From assembly GCA_030390025.1 (NCBI GenBank), contig CM059431.1, positions 156,676,001 through 156,740,000 on the forward strand: a DNA stretch of 64,000 nucleotides, written 5' to 3'. This stretch comes from Squalus acanthias (lineage: Eukaryota). Of this stretch, positions 35,985 to 49,245 are shown piece by piece. The notes beneath the pieces were generated by a model that was not told the DNA's origin, made no database searches, and was given only the letters and a program-made list of their open reading frames with translations. The number at the start of each line of letters is the position of its first letter. Position 1 is the first letter of the stretch. The position numbers were made by a program, and so were the translations under genes.

Positions 35985-37610
35985 AGGTAATCTAAATATT
36001 AGCATACATTATTTATAAATATAAACTATATTAGCATGGATAGAGGATTGATTAACGGACAGAAAACAGAGAGTTCGGAGAAACGGGTTATTTTCATGTT
36101 GGCAAGCTTTACCTAGTGGGGTGACGCAACGATCAATGCTGGCGCATCAGCTACTTATAATTTAAGATGAATGGACCGAGTGTAATGTGTCCAAGTTCGC
36201 TAAACAAAGTTAGGTGGGACAGTAAGCTGTGACGAGAACACAACAAGGCTGCAAAGCGATATAGACAGTTTAAGTGACTGGGCAATAAGTTGGCAGCTTG
36301 AGAGTATAATGGGGGGGATAGGTGAGGTTGTTCACTTTGGAAGGAAGAATACATAAACGGAATATTTTTTAAATAGTGAGAAAGTAGAAAAGGTTGGTGT
36401 TCAGAGAGATATAGTTGTCCTCGTAAAAGAAACATAGAAAGTTAGCATGCAGGCACAGCAAGCAATTAGGAAGGCAAACGGCATGTTGGCATTCATTGCA
36501 AGGGGTTTGGAGTACAAGATAAAGGAAATATTGCTACAATTATACAGGGCTTTGGTAAGACCACATCTGGTGTATTGTGCACAATTTTGGTCTCCGTTTC
36601 CTTGAAGGCGGTGCAACGAAGGTTCACTAAATTGATTCCTGGGATCGGAGGGTTGTCCTATAATGAGAGATTGAGTAGATTGGACTTGTGATCTCTGGAG
36701 TTTATAAAAATAAGAGGTGATCTAATTAAAATATATAAGATTATGAGGGTTTTGACAGTGTAGATGCTAAGGAGTTGTTTCCCTTGGCTGGAAAGTCTTG
36801 AACTGGAGGGCATAGTCTCAGGATCAGGGGACCGCTATTTCAACCTGAAATGAGGAGGAATTTCTTCACTCAGAGGGTTGTGGATCTTTGGAATTCTCTA
36901 CTCTAGAGCTCTGTGAATGCTGAGTTGTTGAGTATAATCAAGGTTGCGATAGATAGATTTTTGGACTCCAGGGGAATCGAGGGAAATGTTATTAGAGCGA
37001 GAAACTGGAGTTGAGGTCGAATAGCAGCCATGATGTACAGCTGTTTCAGTGTCAGAGTCAGCTGTGGCTCAGTTGTTGCCACACTCGCCTCTGAGTGAGA
37101 AGGTTGTGAGGTTCAAATCCCAATCCAGGGATTTGAACACAAAACTCTAGGCTGAAAGTCCAGTGCAGTGGTGAGGGAGCGCTGCCCTATCGCAGTTGCC
37201 GTCTTTCGGATGAGACGTTAATATGAGACCACGTCTGCCTTCTTAGGAGGACTTAAAAGATCCCATGGCTCTATCTCGAAAAAAGCTGGGGAGTAATCCC
37301 CGGTGTCCTGGGGCCCAATATTTATGCCTCAATCAACATCACTGCAACAGATTATCTGGTCATTATCTTATTGCTGTTTGTGCGAGCTTGCTTCGCAAAG
37401 ATTTGCTGCTACGTTTCCTACATTACAACAGGGACAGCAGTTCAAAAAGTACATAATTGGCTGTAAAGCGCTTTGGGATGTGCAGTGGTTGTGAGAGGCG
37501 CTGCAGAAATTCAACTATTTATCTTTACTTCATGATCTTATTGAATGGCGGAGCAGACTGGAGGGGCGGTGTGGCCGTCTCCTGCTCCTATTTCTTATGT
37601 TCTTACGTTG
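35985..37610 (+). mobile_element. CR1 LINE RT/3' part
   Basis: Degenerate RT C-terminus (agaccacatctgg...tattgtgcacaattttggtctcc); 3' UTR split by a SINE. Confidence 0.8.
37035..37530 (+). mobile_element. tRNA-derived Deu-SINE (SacSINE1-like) with L2-type tail
   Basis: Head tggctcagtt...ggttcaaatcc; Deu-like cagattatctggtcattatc...ttgctgtttgtg; tail gtaaagcgctttgggatg; TSD catgat at 37029-37034 and 37531-37536. Confidence 0.8.
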
Positions 37611-38100
37611 GTATTACTTTAAAATTAGGAAACTTTTTGACTGTGTGGACACAGAGAGTGTTTGCACTTGTGTGGAAGAGCAAAACTAGATGTCAGCAAT
37701 ATAAGGAAGTCAACAAGAAAATAAATAGGAAATTCAGTTGAAACTATTTAACTGGAAAGTGGCGAGAATTTGGTACTCGCTACCACAGGGACTAGTGGAG
37801 GATAATATTGTAGATGCGTTTAAGGGAAACAAGATAAGCATATGCGGGATACGGATTTGAGGTTTATGCTAATAGATTTAGAATAGGAAGTATGGGAGGA
37901 GGCTCGAGTGGGGCATAAACAGTGACATAGACTTCTTGAGCAGAATAGGCTGTTTCTGTGCTGTTTAATACTATTAATTCTATCTAATTACCGGATGATA
38001 AATGGGTACAGGTAGCAAGAGTCATCAGTCGGTCACTGTTAGATTCTTGTTATCAAACATCAGTTGCAATGACACAGTGACCTCTCTGAGTTAAAACGTT

Positions 38101-38719
38101 GGCCCTCAATCTGCGATCGGAAGCTTCCTTTGGCCGGAGGCATGGAGGCTTGCGTTCCTGGGCCTCTTCGGGTAGGCGCGGGCAGAGGCCCACGTACCCA
38201 AGGGGCGCAGGCGGTTCGCATGGGCCATAGGGATCACGTGGGCCGGCCCAACCAATAAAAGAAGGGAATCCACATTGACACCTGTGGAGTTGCGTACGTA
38301 TTGAACTCATATAAGTATGAATGGGGGTCACTTTATAAATGCACGGACACATGAAATAAATAAAAATAAAATTACATATTTAAAATTAATTAAAAAGCCA
38401 TTAAATTAAATATTTTAAACGAAAATCTAAATTTTTGAAAATATTTTTTAAACGTTTTAACTGGTCTAAAAATAAACTTACCTTATTCGACAGGGTTTTT
38501 AATGTATAAATTAGTGATACGATTTAATTTTCTATTTTTTAAAACTGTTAAGCTGGGCAAATATTGCAATTCTCCATCCGCGGAGTGTCATCTCCCGCGG
38601 ATGCAGGGGATTCATGACCGCAAGTTCCGGCTTTTAGAGCACGCGCATCGCATGCCTAAAACTGGAGCTTTCGCGGCCCCTACCTCGTACGCACCCGTCG
38701 GGGTCGCTAAAAACGGCCC
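38101..38719. mobile_element. Harbinger-like MITE related to family B
   Basis: ggccc termini, TSD gtt; shares gggatcacgtgggcc and aaaataaacttacctt with 26363-27125. Confidence 0.7.
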
Positions 38720-38879
38720 GTTGTGTTTGGAAATATCTTCTAGGGTCACAGGTTTAGCCACCCGTGGCTGGGAATATTGGATTTCGGTGATAATATGGAG
38801 CTGTGTTATATTCTGAAAATTCTCGAACTATAACTGTGCAAATACTTCATAAATAAACAATACATTTCAAATGTACTGA

Positions 38880-39390
38880 AAATAGAAGAATCTTTGCTTC
38901 TGAGGTTAAATTTATACGTTTTATACTGTTAATGATGATATTGCTCATGAGTTAATTTCTGAAACGAAATTGAGCTAATTAAATTCCGGGTCATTACCTT
39001 GAGCTGCTCTTCCTGATGCTGGTTCCAGATAGACTGGGTAAGTTAGCGTTGTGGGTGCAGCAGTTTAATGAACACACCCTGGGTAAAGATCAGTTACACA
39101 TCTCAGTCATAAAGAGAACCTTAAGTCTGAAAAGTGCAATCCCTCCCGGCCCTGACCTCCATGCAGGACTCGATCTGAATCTTACACGGCCTCTTCAAAT
39201 TTAAATGGTCTGATCAATTAGTTATCTTTTGCACAAAATCGTTGAACGTTTGTGAGGTAATTATAGTTACATTTTCACCGAATCCTTAATCTGCGATGCA
39301 GAAGACCCCACATAGTAACCTGGTTCTGCAGGCGGAATCAGTTCGGTTACACAATTCGAGTTCATTGCTCATCATAAAAGCTCTTTATTT
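38880..39390 (-). other. Non-TE block with candidate first exon and splice donor (copy 2 of 2)
   Basis: Minus-strand AG|gtaatg donor (exon end 38998); homologous to 19130-19750. Confidence 0.45.
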
Positions 39391-39849
39391 TCGAACTATA
39401 AAGGGCCACAGATAACAAGGGTCAAAGATCGCTGTTAGTTTATTTGTAACAAACATCCGAGGAAAGTACACTGTGAAATCTCTGTTAACACGTTAACGCT
39501 TTGGAATCATTGTTCTTTTCGATCATTAGGTGTTCCTTTGTAACAATTCTAACTCTTTGTAAATGTAATACATTCGGATCCCGGTACATAGCAACAGGAG
39601 GAGACCATTCAATCCCTCGCGCCTGTCCCGCCATTCAATTTGATCATAACTAACCTGTTTCTTAAATATATCTACCCGTCTTGGTTCTGTAAACATTAAT
39701 AACCTTGCCTAATTAAAATGTCACCACCTCAGTTTTGAAATGTTGAATTGACCTAGCCTCAACACAATGTTTTCCAGAGAGCTTTCCATATTTCCACTGG
39801 ACTTTTGTCACGACGTGCTTTCTGACATCACCCCTGAGTGGCCTGGCTC

Positions 39850-42800
39850 TATTCTGTGGAGGGACAGTTTGCACTGATCTGCGGAGCATTTTGAGCATCA
39901 GAGTACACTTGGCTATTGGGCCTACAGCCGGTTTGAGTACGCTGGGCTACTGAGTCTGAAGACTTATTTGGCAGGGGGATGGGATACGGAGTGGAGCTAT
40001 AGTAGGGGGTGATGCACAGCCAAATATAGAGGAAAAAAACAAGTCAGCCAGAAGGCAGAGCAAATATGTAACAGCACAAGGGAGTATGGCAAGGCTGGAT
40101 TGCATTTATTTTAATGCAAGGAGTCTTGCGAGTAAGGCAGATGAATTGAAGGTGCTGATTAACACATGGGAGTATGATATTGTTGCTGTCACAGAGACAT
40201 GGTTGAGGGAGGGGCAGGACTAGCAGCTCAATATTCCGGGGTACAAAATCTTCAGGCGAGACAGAGGGGGTGTAAAAGAGGAGGGAGTGTCGCAATATTA
40301 ATCAACGAGTCAATTACTGCTGTAAGGAGGGATGATATCTTAGCAGGTTCATCTAATGAGACCATATGTGTAGAACTTAAAAACAAAAATAGGGCAAGCA
40401 CTTTGCTGGGAGTTTACTATAGACCCCCAAAGAGTCAGGGGGAGAGAGAGGAACAGATAGGTAGGCAAATCTCAGAGAAGTGTAATAGGGTAATAATAGC
40501 AGGGGAATTCAACTTCACCAATATTAACTGGGATAGTCGGAGTGTGAAAGGCTTAGTGGGTGCGGAATTCTTGAAGTGCATCCAGGAGAGCTTTTTGAGC
40601 CAGCATGCAGAAAGTCCTACAAGAGAGGGGGCGGTACTGGACCAAATTCTAGGGAATGTAGTCGGGCAAGTGGTAGAAGTGTTAGTAGGAGAGCATTTTG
40701 GTGACAGCGACCATAATTCGGTGAGATTTAAGGTAGTCATGGAAAAAGACAAAGATGGACCGAAAATAATGGTTTTAAATTGGGGGAAGGCCGATTTGAA
40801 TATGATAAGGCAGGACCTGGCCAAAGTGGACTGGGATCAGCTACCTGTAAGAAAATCCACATCAGAGCAGTGGGAATCTTTCAGAAAGGAAATAGAGAGA
40901 CTACAACGGTAACACGTTCCTGTAAAGGTCAAATGTGAGACCAACAAGCCTAGGGAACCCTGAATGTCAAGGGATATACGAGAATTGATGAGGAAAAAAA
41001 GGGAGGCATTGGCAGATACAAAGGACTAAAAACAATGGAAGCCCTAGAGGAGTATAGAAAGTGCAGGAGGGAACTTAAAAAAGAAATTACGAGAGCGAAG
41101 AGGGGGCATGAAATAACACTGGCGGTCAAAATAAAGGAAAATCTCAAGTTGTTTTGTAAATATATTAAGGGCAAGAGGATAACTAGGGAAAGAGTAGGGA
41201 CCGTTAGGGAACAAAGTGGCAATCTGTGTGTAAAGCCAGAAGATGTACGTGGGGTTGTAAATTAACATTTTGCATCTGTGTTCACTATGGAGAAGGACGA
41301 TGTAGGCATATAAATCAGACAGGGGGTTCGTGATGTACTTGAACAAATTACTATTGAGAGGGAGGAGGTACTAGCGGTTTTATTCAAGAATGGTAGTGGG
41401 GTTAAACCAGCGAATTATAGGCCTGTGAGCCGAACATTAGTGGTAGGGAAATTGTTGGAAAAAATTCTGAGGCTCAGAATGAGTCTCTAATTGGAGAGGC
41501 AATGATTCGAAAATGAAAGTCAGCATGGCTTTTTCAGGGGGAGATCATGTCTGACCAATTTGATTGAATTTTTCTAGGGGGTGGCTAGGTGTGTGGAGGA
41601 GTGTAGTGCAATAGATGTAGCCTTCATGGAATTGAGTAAGGCTTTTGACAAAGTCCCGCATGGGAGACTGGTCAAAAAGTTAAGAGATCATGGGATCCAG
41701 GGAAACTTGGCACATTGGATCCAAAATTGGCTTACTGGCAGGAGGCAGGGGGTAATGTTCGACGTTTGTTTTTATGACTGGAAGCCTGTATCCAGTGGTG
41801 TACCGCAGGGATCGGTGGTGGGTCCTTTGCGGTTTTAAGTGTACATTGATGATTTAGATATGAATGTAGGAGGTATGATCAGTAAATTCGCAGATGTCAG
41901 GAAAATTGGTGGGGTGGTAAATAGCGAGGAGGGAACCCTCAGGCTACAGGACGATATAGGCGGGCTGGTCAGATGGGCAGAACAGTGGGAAATGGAATTG
42001 AACCCTGTAAAGTGTGAGGTGATGCATTTTGGGTGGATTAACAAGGCAAGGGAATTCACAATGAATGGTAGGACACTAGGAAGGACAGAGGATCAGAGGG
42101 ACCTTGGTGTGCATGCACATAGATCCCTGAAGGCAGCAGGACAGGTAGATAAGGTGGTTAACAAGGCATATGGGATACTTGCCTTCATTAGCCGAGGCAT
42201 AGAATATAAGAGCAGGGAGGTTATGATGGAGCTGTACAAAACACTTGTTAGGCCACAGCTGGAATACTGTGTGCAGTTCTGGTCGCCACACTATAGGAAG
42301 GATGTGATTGCATTGGAGAGGGTGCATAGGAGATTCACCAGGATGTTATCTGGGCTGGAGTGCTTCAGCTATGAAGAGAGACTGGAAAGGCTTTGGTTGT
42401 TTTCCTTAGAGCAGAGAAGGCTGAGGCGGTACCTGATTGAGGTTTACAAAATTATGAGGGGCAGAGAGATGGTAGATAGAAAGGAAAGTTCCCGTTAGTA
42501 GAGGGGTCAATAACAAGGGGCCATAGTTTCAAGGTAAGGGGCAGGAGGTTTAGAGGGGATTTGAGGGAAAAAAAATTCACCCAGAGGGTGGTTGGCATCT
42601 GGAACTCACTGCCTGAAAGGGTGGTAGAGGCAGGAACCCTCACAACATTCAAGAAGGATTTAGATGAGCACTTGAAACGCCATAGCATACAAGGCTACGG
42701 ACCAAGTGCTGGAAAATAGGATTAGAATAGACAGGGCTTGATTGCCGGAGTGGACACGTTCGACCGAAGGTCCTCTTTCTGTGCTGTATAACTCTATGAC

Positions 42801-44210
42801 TCTATGATGGTAATTGTACACTGGACTATTGGGCCTACAGTCGGTCAGAATACTTTGGGCTATTGGACCTGTAAACAGTCATAAAACACTGGGATATTAG
42901 GCCTTCAGAAGCTATAGCGAGAGTGAGGTGTCGTCAGCTATTCAGACTGTAAAAAGTCAGAGTACCTGAGCTCTGGGCCTAAAAATGTTCAGAATACTAT
43001 GGGCTATGCAAAGTGTCAGAGTAATCGCGTCTATTGAATCTGTAGAGGTTCAGGGCAACCTCTGCTATTGAGACAAGGAAACGTTATGTTACACTGGCTA
43101 TTGGGCCTTCTGACGGTCAGAGCATTCTGGCCTATTGAGCCTTCACATGGTCAAAGCTCTCTGGGCAATTGGGCCAGCAGAAGGTCAGTTTACCCTGGAC
43201 TATTGGACATATAGATTTTTAACGTAACCTAGGATTTTGGCATTATAAAGGGTCAACTTCCCCTGGGCAATAAGAGGGTCAGTGTACATGAGCTATTGGA
43301 CATTTAGGGGATCGAATTACCCTGGGCTATTGAGACTATAGAGTGGATGAGTACACTGGGCATTTCAGAGGGTCAGAGCACCCTGGGTTATGGGCCTTTA
43401 AGGATTAAGTACCCTGGGACATGAGACTGTAGAAGGTCAGATTACGCTGAGCTATTGAGCCTGTGGATTTTCCTATTCCTCTGGGATATTAGGCCTTCAG
43501 AAGCTCAGCGTAGCCTTGGCTATCGTACCCTCTGGAAGGTCAATTACCCTGGCATATATACCTTATCAGAGTACGTTGTCTATTGGGATTGCAGAGGGCG
43601 AGAGCACCTTGGGCTATGCAGAGTGTTAGAATAAACTGAGGTCGTGGTCGTGTAGCGGGTCAGATCACCCTAGGATTTGCAAAGGTCCAAAGTAACCTGG
43701 GCTATGAAGAGGGTCAGAGTAACCTCGGCTTTGCAGAGCATCAGCGTAACTTGGGCTATACTGAAGATAAGATTACGCTGGGATAACGGGCAGTTAGAGG
43801 GTCAGATAATCAGATAAATTGGGCCTTTGGTGAGTCCGATTTCCCTCAACGTTGAGCCTGTGGAAAGTCAGAAAACCTCAGCTGAATTCAAAGCTTCAGT
43901 CAGCGTACTCTTTGAAGATCATAGAACACTGACCTATAAAGCGGGTCAGACTGACATGGCTATTGGACGTGTAGATGGCTAGAATACTTGCCCTACTGAA
44001 TCTGCAGAGAGTCAGTCTTCCTTGGCTATTGAATCTGTAGCGGGTCAGAATTGCTGGGCTCTTGAGTCTGTAGAGGGTATGAGTACCCTGGGCTATTGGC
44101 GTTGTAAACTGTCAGAGTACGCTTGGCTAATGGCCCGACAAAACTTTAGAGCACGCCGCGATATTTACCCTGAAGATGGTCAGAACACAATGGCAATTCA
44201 ATCTGTAGAC
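39850..44210 (+). repeat. Second array of the 34-bp minisatellite (39850-39965 and 42807-44210), split by a CR1
   Basis: Same ccctgggctattg...agagggtcagagta units as 25430-28550. Confidence 0.85.
39966..42806 (+). mobile_element. CR1 LINE ORF2 (APE plus RT) with stops and an internal deletion near 41385
   Basis: [43 protein letters not shown]; (ctctatga)n tail. Confidence 0.93.
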
Positions 44211-45270
44211 CGGCAGGAGCGGGCGTGGTGGGAGCGCAGTAAGTGCGTAGCATTTAAAAGGAACAGTCCCGATAGGCAGGAGCCCGAGTCCAGAGAGAGC
44301 GGACCTGATGAATGCACAGCGAGAGCGGAGCAGTTAAAATGAGCAGTCCCGAGGGGCAGGAGACTGACACTGGAAGGAGCGGAACTGGTCGGAGCACAGC
44401 GAGAGCAGAGCTGTTAAAAGGAGCTGTCCCGAGCGGCAGGAGCCTGAGACCGGATGGAACGGACTTGGTGGGAGCACAGTGAAAGCGGAGCAGTTAAAAT
44501 GACCAGTCTCGAGCGGCATCAGTTCAACAGAGGCAGTTTTTGGGAAAAGTGATGTCAGAGTGAAAAAATTGACGTCGACACAAGGGAAGGAGCTAATTGG
44601 TGAGTAGGTGGTGAGTGCATTTTTCTATTTTTTTAAAATATTGTTTATTGTTTTTAAGTTTATATGTTTATCTCTGCTAAGTTAGATAATAGCCTATAAA
44701 ATAGAGGGAAAGAGCTGTTTGGTGAGTAGCTGGGGAGTCTTTTTTGTAAAGTATTAAGTTTATTTCTGCTCCGTTAGTTCTTAGTCTATTAAATACAGGC
44801 ATGGCAGCACAGCTCAGTCCCGTGGAGTGCGCATTCAGTGCCATGCGGGAAGGCCTGAATGCTTTGCGCAGCTTGGACGACCACATGTGCAGGAAGTGTC
44901 GACAGCTTCAGAAATTCGAGCTCCAGATTTCGTAGCTTGAACGGCTGCTGGATTCATTGCGGTACATCCGCGAGGCTGAGACTTACGTGGATAGCACGTT
45001 TCTGGAGGTGGTCACCCCGCAGCTGCAGAATATGCAGGCAAAGAAGGAATGGGTGACTGCCAGACGGGAGAGGAGTACCAGGCACATCGTGTAGGAGTCC
45101 CCGGAGTGCAGCACGCTCTCCAACCAGTATTCTGATCTGAGGGCTGGTGAGGGCGATGGTTTGTCTGTGGAGTGCAGCCAGAGTCAATTCCACGGCATGT
45201 GAGGTGGCTCAGCTGCACAGCGGGTGAGGAAAAATAGCGGAAGTGCAAGACTGGTAGGGGATTCAGCAAT
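44211..45270 (+). mobile_element. CR1 5' UTR and ORF1 N-terminus (zinc-finger/coiled-coil), 3'-truncated
   Basis: From 44801: MAAQLSPVECAFSAM...HMCRKCRQLQKFELQIS*LERLLDSLRYIREAETYVDSTFLEVVTP. Confidence 0.75.
44254..44518 (+). repeat. 80-bp tandem repeat, about 3.3 copies
   Basis: ttaaaa..ga.c.gtc.cga recurs at 44254, 44334, 44414 and 44494. Confidence 0.85.
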
Positions 45271-45283
45271 GAGTAAAATCAAG

Positions 45284-45399
45284 GACCCTTAGTGTTAGGG
45301 GGATTAAATACGTGGTGTTACGGAGATAGGGGGGGGATATGTGTCGGTGCAGGCTCGATGGGCCGCAATGGCCTCTATCTGCATTGTGGGGATTCTGTG
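45284..45399 (+). mobile_element. V-SINE 3' tail fragment
   Basis: Matches 320-436 (gacccttagtgtt...ggcctctatctgca.tgt...gattctgtga). Confidence 0.8.
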
Positions 45400-45959
45400 A
45401 AGGTGTTTTTAAGCTGTTTTCAATAAAACGTGGACAAAGGAATTTATAATCACAAATAAATTGATACGTATATGACTACTGATTACATCTTTCTGAAAGC
45501 AGCAAACGTGCAAAGGGGTAAGAATTTTAATATATAATTATGGATATACAGATGAGGGCAGTATAGGACAAATCAGATAAAGTGGTTGGTAATATTTGAG
45601 TTTATTCTGCTTCGGAAATTACTTGTGCTTCGTGATTTATCAGTCTTGAAAGTCAATGAACGGACTGTCTTATTTCGCTGGTTTTATCGATCAACAAGTT
45701 GGAGAATATTTTCCGAAAACTAAGGAGAAATTGTTTGAATGTTAAGGTAAGATAAGGCGAAGTAAATTTGAAATCGCACCATTATGTTGATTGGAGTTAC
45801 ATTATTAGGGGACACTTCATCATTGGTAGGTATGATTTACAATTATATGTTTTCGATTTTGAGATGATTTCATTTATTGCTGTTTTCATTAAAAATGTAT
45901 TTCATCAAAGTTGTATACATATATGGCAAGTATGTGAAAAAATATCTTAGAAAATTCGT

Positions 45960-47400
45960 GGAATCATAGAAACTTACAGCACAGAAGACGGGCTATCAGA
46001 CGGCCGTGCCTCTGCCGGCTCTTTGAAAGAGCTGTTCAATGTAGTTCCACACCCCAGATTATTCCCCACAATCCTGCAAATTAGGCCACTTCTAATCCAA
46101 GTCCAATTGCCTTTTGAAAGTAACTGTGTAATCTGATTCCACCAGCCTTTCGGGTAGTGTATTCTGGAACAAAAAAACCCTAGAGAGAAATAATTATCCT
46201 CATTTCCTGTCTTGTTAGTTTGCCAATTATTTTAAAAAGATGACTTCTGCTTATCGAACAACAGAGGAAATAGTTTCTCCTACTTGCTCTAACAAAACAC
46301 GTCATAATTTTAAATACTTCTAGCAGGTTTCCCCTTAAACTTCTCTGCTCTAAGGAGTACAATCATAGATGCACCAAGCATTCCACATAACTGAATTCCC
46401 TCATCCATGGTATCGTTCTGACAAAGCTTGCCTGTAATCTCCAAGGCCTTAACATGCTGCCTAAATTGAAGTGCCCAGAATTGTACACATTGCGAAAGCT
46501 GAGGTCTAACCTGTGACTTGTAAATGTTTAACATGACTTCCTTGTTTTGTATTCAATGTCCCTATTTGCAAAGCCCAGTACCACATAGGCTTTCTTAACT
46601 GACTTATCAACGTTCCCTGGCAGCTTTAGGAATTGTGATTTTGCACTCCAGGTCCCTCTGCTCTTCCACTCCCTTAAAAAGGTACCGTCTAGATTTTACT
46701 GTCTCGCTATGTTATTCGGCCCAAAGGCATCACTTCACACTTATCCACAGTAACTTGCAGCGGCCGTGTGTCTGTTCATTACAGCAGTCTGTGCATGTCC
46801 TTCTGACGTCTTCTACTAGCCTGTTCAGTACTTAAAACGTTGCCAAGTTGTGTATCATCCTCAAACTTCGCAACTGTATTCCTTATACCCAAGTCAAGGT
46901 CAGGTATGTGTAACAATGAAAGCAATGGTCCTAACAACAATCCCGGGGTCTCCACTACATACTTATCTCCAGTCAGAAGAACAGCCATTCACCACTTATC
47001 TCTACCTCCGATCTCTTTGTCAATTAGGTACCAAATTTAGCACCGGTCCTTTAATACCATTTGTTGCTATTTATCGAATAAGTCTGTTTTGTGGTACTAT
47101 ATCATATGCCGTTTGATATTTAATATACAAATCTACTGTTAGACTGATTCGCCTATATTTACTAGGATTATTCCTCTCTCATTTTTTGAACAGGGGTGTA
47201 ACATTTAAAATCTTCCAGTCCTCTGGCACCACTCCCCTTTCCAAGTAGGAGTGCGAGATTGAGGTCAAAGGTTCCTGTATCTCCTCCCTAGCTTCCTTCG
47301 CAACATAGGATGCGTCCCACGTGGACCGGTTGACTTGTTAACTTTGAGTGATGCCAACCTATCCAGCACCTTCTTTCTATCTATATTTGTCCTTTACTGT
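45960..47400 (-). mobile_element. Old CR1 LINE
   Basis: VRPQLSQCVQFWA, YSLEQRSLRGNL, AKFEDDTQLG. Confidence 0.75.
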
Positions 47401-47486
47401 ATATGTACTCCCCTCCTCTACTGCAGCATTAATCTGCCGCACCATTCAATTAACTATCTGTTTACTTTTTGTCAGTTTATAAAAGA

Positions 47487-49140
47487 TACATAGATACATA
47501 GATACATAGAAGATAGGAGCAGGAGTAGGCCATCCGGCCCTTCGAGCCTGCTCCGCCATTTAATGAGATCATGGCTGATGCTCCAATTCAGTATCCAGTC
47601 CCCGCCTTCTCTCCGTAACCCTTAACCCCTTTTGCCTGTAGAAATATATCTAATTCCCTCTTAAATATATTTAATGAGCTGGCGTACACTGCCCTCTGTG
47701 GCAATGAGTTCCACAGGTTCACCACCCTCTGAGTGAAGAAATTCCCCCTCATTTCTGTCCTAAATGCTTTAGCCCTTATCCTTAAATTATGTCCTCTAGT
47801 TCTGTTCTCACCCGCCAAGGGAAACATTCCTTCTGCATCTAGTCTGTCTAGACCTGTCAGAATTTTATACACTTCTATGAGGTCCCCTCTCAATCTTCTA
47901 AACTCCAGTGTGTACATCCCTAAACTACATAGTCTCTCCTCATAGGTCAATCCCGCCATTCCTGGTATCAGCCTGGTGAATCGCCGCTGCACGCCCTCCA
48001 TGGCAAGAACATCTTTCCTCAGATGAGGCGACCAAAACTGTACACAGTACTCGAGGTGTGGTCTCACCAGTGCCCTGTACAGCTGCAGCAAGGTATCCCT
48101 GTCCCTGTATTCCAACCCTTTTGCTATGAAGGCCAGCATACCGTTTGCCTTCTTGATCGCCTGTTGCACCTGCATGCTCGCCTTCAGTGACTGGTGTACA
48201 AGAACACCCAGGTCTCTCTGTACTTCCCCCTCTCCTAATTTATTGCCATTTAAATAATAATTTGCCCTCCCGTTCCTGCACCCAAGGTGGATAACTTCGC
48301 ACTTGTCCACATTATAGTGCATCTGCCATTTATCCGCCCAATCACCCAGTCTGTCCAAATCGCTCTGGAGCTTCCTGGTCTCCTCCTCTGAGCCCACCCC
48401 CCCCCCTCCTAGTTTAGTGTCGTCTGCAAATTTGGAAATGCTGCATCCGACTCCCTGATCCAGGTCATTAATGTAAATTGCGAACAGCTGGGGACCCAGG
48501 ACAGATCCCTGCGGTACCCCACTTGTTACTGTCTGCCATTCAGAAAATGAGCCGTTTATTCCAACTCTCTGTTTTCTATCTGACAGCCAGTTCTCTATCC
48601 ACGTCAATACTTTCCCCTTTATCCCATGAGCTTCAATTTTCCCTGCTAATCTTTTATGTGGGACCTTATCGAAGGCCTTTTGGAAGTCCAGGTACACCAC
48701 ATCTACTGGCTCTTCCCCATCTATTTTACCAGTTACTCCCTCAAAAAATTGCAATAGATTAGTCAAGCACGATTTACCCTTTGTAAATCCATGTTGACTC
48801 TGTCCTATCCTGTCCCCATTTGCTAAGTGCTCCGCTATTTCATCCTTAATGATGGACTCCAGCATTTCGCCCACAACTGATGTAAGGCTTACAGGTCTGT
48901 AATTACCTGCTTTTTCCCTACCCCCCTTTTTGAATAGTGGGGTAACGTTAGCTACCCTCCAATCCATGGGCACTGTTCCCGAGTCTAATGAATTCTGAAA
49001 AATCATACTAAGTGCATCCGCTATCTCTAGGGCCACGTCCTTCAGCACCCTAGGATGCATGTTATCAGGCCCTGGGGATTTGTCCGCCTTCAATCCCTTT
49101 AGCTTCCTTAACACCATATCCTTAGAGATATTGACTTGCG
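47487..49140 (-). mobile_element. Young 5'-truncated CR1 LINE with open RT ORF (47588-49140)
   Basis: Nearly identical to 31269-32915; intact FADDTK. Confidence 0.95.
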
Positions 49141-49245
49141 GCAATGTTTCTTGGTTCCATTTTATGTTCACCGCTAATCTTGTCTTACAATCTCTTTGAG
49201 CTGTTTACATCTGTTTCTTCAATTTCATCCTGCATTCTTTATATT

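Larger units (their letters stand above)
28740..37985 (+). mobile_element. Old CR1 LINE hosting a nested TE stack
   Basis: Pieces at 28740-29274, 30121-30157, 35007-35985 and 37610-37985 are collinear CR1 ORF2 (GSDSEMADI, GNYRPISLISVVGK). Confidence 0.7.
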
